DNA of 64,000 nt, from assembly GCA_965220825.1 (NCBI GenBank), contig OZ244839.1:2859861-2923860 (forward strand), written 5' to 3'. Of the stretch, positions 61,027 through 64,000 are shown in pieces (position 1 is the first letter of the stretch; each line of letters opens with the position of its first letter). Source of the stretch: Alphaproteobacteria bacterium. Its GTDB lineage: Bacteria; Pseudomonadota; Alphaproteobacteria; UBA828. The notes under the pieces are model-generated. The model worked only from the letters and a program-made list of their open reading frames with translations, had not been told where the DNA came from and searched no databases. Position numbers and translations under genes: made by a program.

Positions 61027-62199
61027 TCAGGCCGTCTCCTCGAACAGTTCGCGGCCGATGAGCATGCGGCGGATTTCGCTGGTGCCGGCGCCGATTTCAT
61101 AAAGCTTGGCATCCCGCAGCAGGCGTCCGGTGGGGAACTCGTTGATATAGCCGTTGCCGCCCAGCGTCTGGATCGCTTCCAGTGCCATCCAGGTGGCCTT
61201 TTCCGCGGCGAAGAGGATTGCGCCGGCGGCGTCCCGGCGGTTGACGTCGCCGGAATCGCAGGCGCGCGCCACGGCATAGACGTAGGCGCGCGCGGCGTTC
61301 ATCGTCGTGTACATGTCGGCGAGCTTGCCCTGCATGAGCTGAAAGGTTCCGATGGGCCGGCCGAACTGCTTGCGCTCGTGGACGTAAGGGAGCGCGGCGT
61401 CCATGCAGGCCCGCATGATGCCGAGGGGGCCCGCAGCCAGGACCGCGCGCTCATAGTCGAGCCCGCTCATCAGCACGGCGACGCCCGCGCCTTCGGTGCC
61501 GAGAACGTTTTCCTCCGGCACCGCGCAGTCCTCGAAGACCAGCTCGCAGGTATCCGAGCCCCGCATGCCGAGCTTGTCGAGCTTCTGCGCGGTGGAGAAG
61601 CCTTCCATGCCCTTCTCGACGACAAAGGCGGTTATGCCCCGGCTGCCGGCGTCCATGTCGGTCTTGGCATAGACCACCAGGACTTCCGCTTCCGGTCCGT
61701 TGGTGATCCACATTTTGGAGCCGTTGAGGACGTAGCGGTCGCCCTTCCTTTCGGCCCGGGTGCGCATGCCCACCACGTCCGAGCCCGCGCCGGGCTCGCT
61801 CATGGCAAGCGCGCCCACATGTTCGCCCGAGATGAGCTTGGGCAGATATTTCCTGCGCTGGTCGGGCGTGCCGTTCCGCCTGATCTGGTTGACGCAGAGG
61901 TTGGAATGGGCGCCGTAGCTGAGCCCCACGGAGGCGGATGCGCGGCTCACCTCCTCCATGGCGACCACATGCTCGAGATAGCCGAGGCCGGCCCCGCCGT
62001 CTTCCTCCTCCACCGTGATGCCGAGAAGCCCGAGCGCGCCGAGGCGCGGCCACAGGTCCCGGGGGAAGCGGTTGCTGCGGTCGATTTCGTCCGCCCGCGG
62101 CGCGATCTCGGCGGCGGCGAAGCTCGCGACCGAGTCGCGGATCATGTCGGGGGTCTCGCCTAAGCGAAAATCCAGGTCCGGCAATCGGTTGGGAATCAT
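61027..62199 (-). CDS. ivd: isovaleryl-CoA dehydrogenase
   Basis: 390 aa. [46 protein letters not shown]. Overall closest to the IVD pattern. Confidence 0.85.
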   Translation of the reverse strand: MIPNRLPDLDFRLGETPDMIRDSVASFAAAEIAPRADEIDRSNRFPRDLWPRLGALGLLGITVEEEDGGAGLGYLEHVVAMEEVSRASASVGLSYGAHSNLCVNQIRRNGTPDQRRKYLPKLISGEHVGALAMSEPGAGSDVVGMRTRAERKGDRYVLNGSKMWITNGPEAEVLVVYAKTDMDAGSRGITAFVVEKGMEGFSTAQKLDKLGMRGSDTCELVFEDCAVPEENVLGTEGAGVAVLMSGLDYERAVLAAGPLGIMRACMDAALPYVHERKQFGRPIGTFQLMQGKLADMYTTMNAARAYVYAVARACDSGDVNRRDAAGAILFAAEKATWMALEAIQTLGGNGYINEFPTGRLLRDAKLYEIGAGTSEIRRMLIGRELFEETA

Positions 62200-62273
62200 C
62201 GCATCGGCCTTTCCGGAGGCGCATCCCGGGGCGCGTCGGCGCGTTCCAACCTAGCATGCCCATCTGCCCCGTC

Positions 62274-62297
62274 GAAGGCGCGGGCGGGGGCGCCTTC
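62274..62297 (-). terminator. hairpin just downstream of the mgtE stop
   Basis: gaaggcgc-gggcgggg-gcgccttc (8-bp stem). No U-tract, so only a candidate. Confidence 0.3.
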
Positions 62298-62311
62298 TCG
62301 CGGGGCGCATG

Positions 62312-63715
62312 TCACAGGAGGAAGAGCGCGCCCAGGCCCAGAAAGGCAAGAAAGCCGATCACGTCCGTGATGGTCGTGAGCAGGACGCCCGCCGCGGTTG
62401 CCGGGTCGATCCGCAGACGCCACAGCAGGGCGGGGATTATCAGGCCGAAGGAGCCCGCGACCAGCATGTTGATGATCATGGCTGCGCCGATCACGCAGCC
62501 GAGAGCGATGTCCCCGTACCAGGCGGCTGCGGCACCGCCGGTGAGAATCGCGAAGACGATGCCGTTGATGCCGCCGACGATCACCTCCTTCCAGAGCACG
62601 CGAAGCACATTGGCGGAGGTCAGGTCCTTGGTCGCGATGGCACGCACGGCGACCGCCATGGTCTGGGTTCCCGCATTGCCTCCCATGGAGGCGACGATCG
62701 GCATGAGCACGGCAAGGGCCACCATCCGGTCGATGGTCGCGTCGAACTGGTAGATCACGTAGGAGGCGAGAATCGCCGTGGCGAGGTTGACCAGAAGCCA
62801 GGTGAAGCGGCCCCAGGCCGTGCGCAGGGCGGCGCGATAGATATCCGCCTCCTGGACGCCGCTGAGGCGCAGGATGTCTTCTTCCGCCTCCTCCTGGATC
62901 ACGTCCACCACATCGTCGATGGTGATGGCGCCGATCAGCCGCCCGTCTCCGCCCACCACGGGTGCGGATACGAGGTCGTACTGCTCGAAGACATGGCCGA
63001 CCTCTTCTTGATCCGTCTCGGCGGGGATCGTTTTGAGATCGGCCGTCATCACGTCGCGAAGCAGCATGGGGCGGCGCGTGCGCATGAGGGTGTGGAGCGG
63101 GACGCGGCCCACGGGGTGCCTGTGGGCATCCAGCACATAGATTTCGTAGAACTCGTCGGGCAGGTCGGCGGTCTCGCGCATATGGTCGATGGTCCGTCCC
63201 ACGGTCCAGAATGCGGGCAGCGCGACGAACTCGCGTTGCATCAGGCGGCCGGCGCTTTCCTCCGGATAGGTGAGGCTTTCCTCGACCCGTAGCCGTTCGT
63301 CGCCCGGGATCGCGTCGAGGATCTCTTTCTGTTGGGGCTCGTCGAGGTCTTCGATCACGGCGACGGCGTCGTCCGTGTCCATGTCGGTAATCGCCTCGGC
63401 GACCCTGGCGGCGCCGATCTCGGCGATCAGCTCTTCGCGAATATCGTCTTCGACATTGGCCAGGACATCGCCGCTCAGCACATCCGCGGCAACGGCCGCG
63501 AGACGCTGCCGCTCGTCGGGCCGGAAACGCTCGATCAGGTCGGCCGTGTCCGCATCGTGCAGCGGGGCGACGAGAGTGCGGATGCGGTCTCCGTCGGAGG
63601 CGGCCAGCGCATCGCGTACCGTCTGGACGAGGCCGGTGGTGAGACCGTAAAGCCCTTCCCGCCTCTCGTTCCGGGGCGTCGCGCCGGTCTCCGCGGGCGG
63701 GACGGGCGAAGCCAT
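62312..63715 (-). CDS. mgtE: magnesium transporter MgtE
   Basis: 467 aa. MgtE N-domain, CBS pair, TM domain with MGGNAGTQT and DPATAAGVLLTTITDV. Confidence 0.92.
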   Translation of the reverse strand: MASPVPPAETGATPRNERREGLYGLTTGLVQTVRDALAASDGDRIRTLVAPLHDADTADLIERFRPDERQRLAAVAADVLSGDVLANVEDDIREELIAEIGAARVAEAITDMDTDDAVAVIEDLDEPQQKEILDAIPGDERLRVEESLTYPEESAGRLMQREFVALPAFWTVGRTIDHMRETADLPDEFYEIYVLDAHRHPVGRVPLHTLMRTRRPMLLRDVMTADLKTIPAETDQEEVGHVFEQYDLVSAPVVGGDGRLIGAITIDDVVDVIQEEAEEDILRLSGVQEADIYRAALRTAWGRFTWLLVNLATAILASYVIYQFDATIDRMVALAVLMPIVASMGGNAGTQTMAVAVRAIATKDLTSANVLRVLWKEVIVGGINGIVFAILTGGAAAAWYGDIALGCVIGAAMIINMLVAGSFGLIIPALLWRLRIDPATAAGVLLTTITDVIGFLAFLGLGALFLL

Positions 63716-63725
63716 CCGGATCCGA

Positions 63726-64000
63726 TCAATCCGCTGCCGCGGCGACCGCGGCGGCGATGCTGCTCTCCTCGGCGCGGCTTTGCGCTTCGACGGCGGCGAC
63801 CGCGGTCATGTTCAGCACGCCGCGCGTCGTCGCGGAGCCATGCAGCACATAGGCCGGTGCCGCGAGGCCGAGCAGGATGGGCCCGACGGAAATTCCGTCC
63901 CCCAGCGCCTTGATCATGCTGTAGGCGATGTTCGCCGAGGTCAGATCGGGCATGATCAGCGTGTTTGCCTGCCCCTTGAGGCGGGAGTTGGGGAACATTT
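63726..64000 (-). CDS. C-terminal phosphate-acetyltransferase-like domain (NADP-malic enzyme MaeB type or Pta); 5' end outside window
   Basis: ANTLIMPDLTSANIAYSMIKALGDGISVGPILLG... is the conserved end of PTA-fold domains. The frame is open to the window edge. Confidence 0.7.
   Translation of the reverse strand, partial: MFPNSRLKGQANTLIMPDLTSANIAYSMIKALGDGISVGPILLGLAAPAYVLHGSATTRGVLNMTAVAAVEAQSRAEESSIAAAVAAAAD

Overview
Very GC-rich chromosomal window, probably alphaproteobacterial. Evidence: a split F0 atp operon atpI-a-c-b'-b, class I LysRS, glnD-murJ-trpS synteny, and TIGR02186, IalB and DUF1489 genes. Most of it is densely packed, conserved housekeeping and catabolic genes: trpDC, moaC-moeA, prpD-family/prpE, ubiX, gcvTHP, atp F0, lysK, a DinG-like helicase, rsmD, rluB, trpS, murJ, glnD, rlmN, argG, leucine/acyl-CoA catabolism, mgtE. 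No tRNA, rRNA or CRISPR array was seen. The accessory or unusual content is: (1) an intact IS481-family element at 7336-8455 with a 5-bp target duplication, inserted just upstream of an alpha-hydroxyacid oxidase-like gene fused to gcvTHP; (2) a heavily deleted, inverted second copy at 48449-48877 carrying a perfect 25-bp-arm palindrome, one arm of which recurs next to the intact copy; (3) next to that IS scar, a ~3-kb islet with two divergent P-loop NTPases (a DUF4143 type with a nuclease-like tail, and an ABC/OLD-like DUF3696 type). This islet is my best candidate for an uncharacterised defence-like module, but the evidence is weak and no effector partner is visible; (4) a putative Zur-box-controlled porin-znuA-znuB operon with no ATPase gene and a His/Asp/Glu-rich porin loop; (5) an amidase plus Liv-type ABC importer operon. 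All calls come from reading the ORF translations and the DNA by eye; no database search was run. Many long ORFs in the six-frame track are GC-driven shadows of real genes and were discarded.
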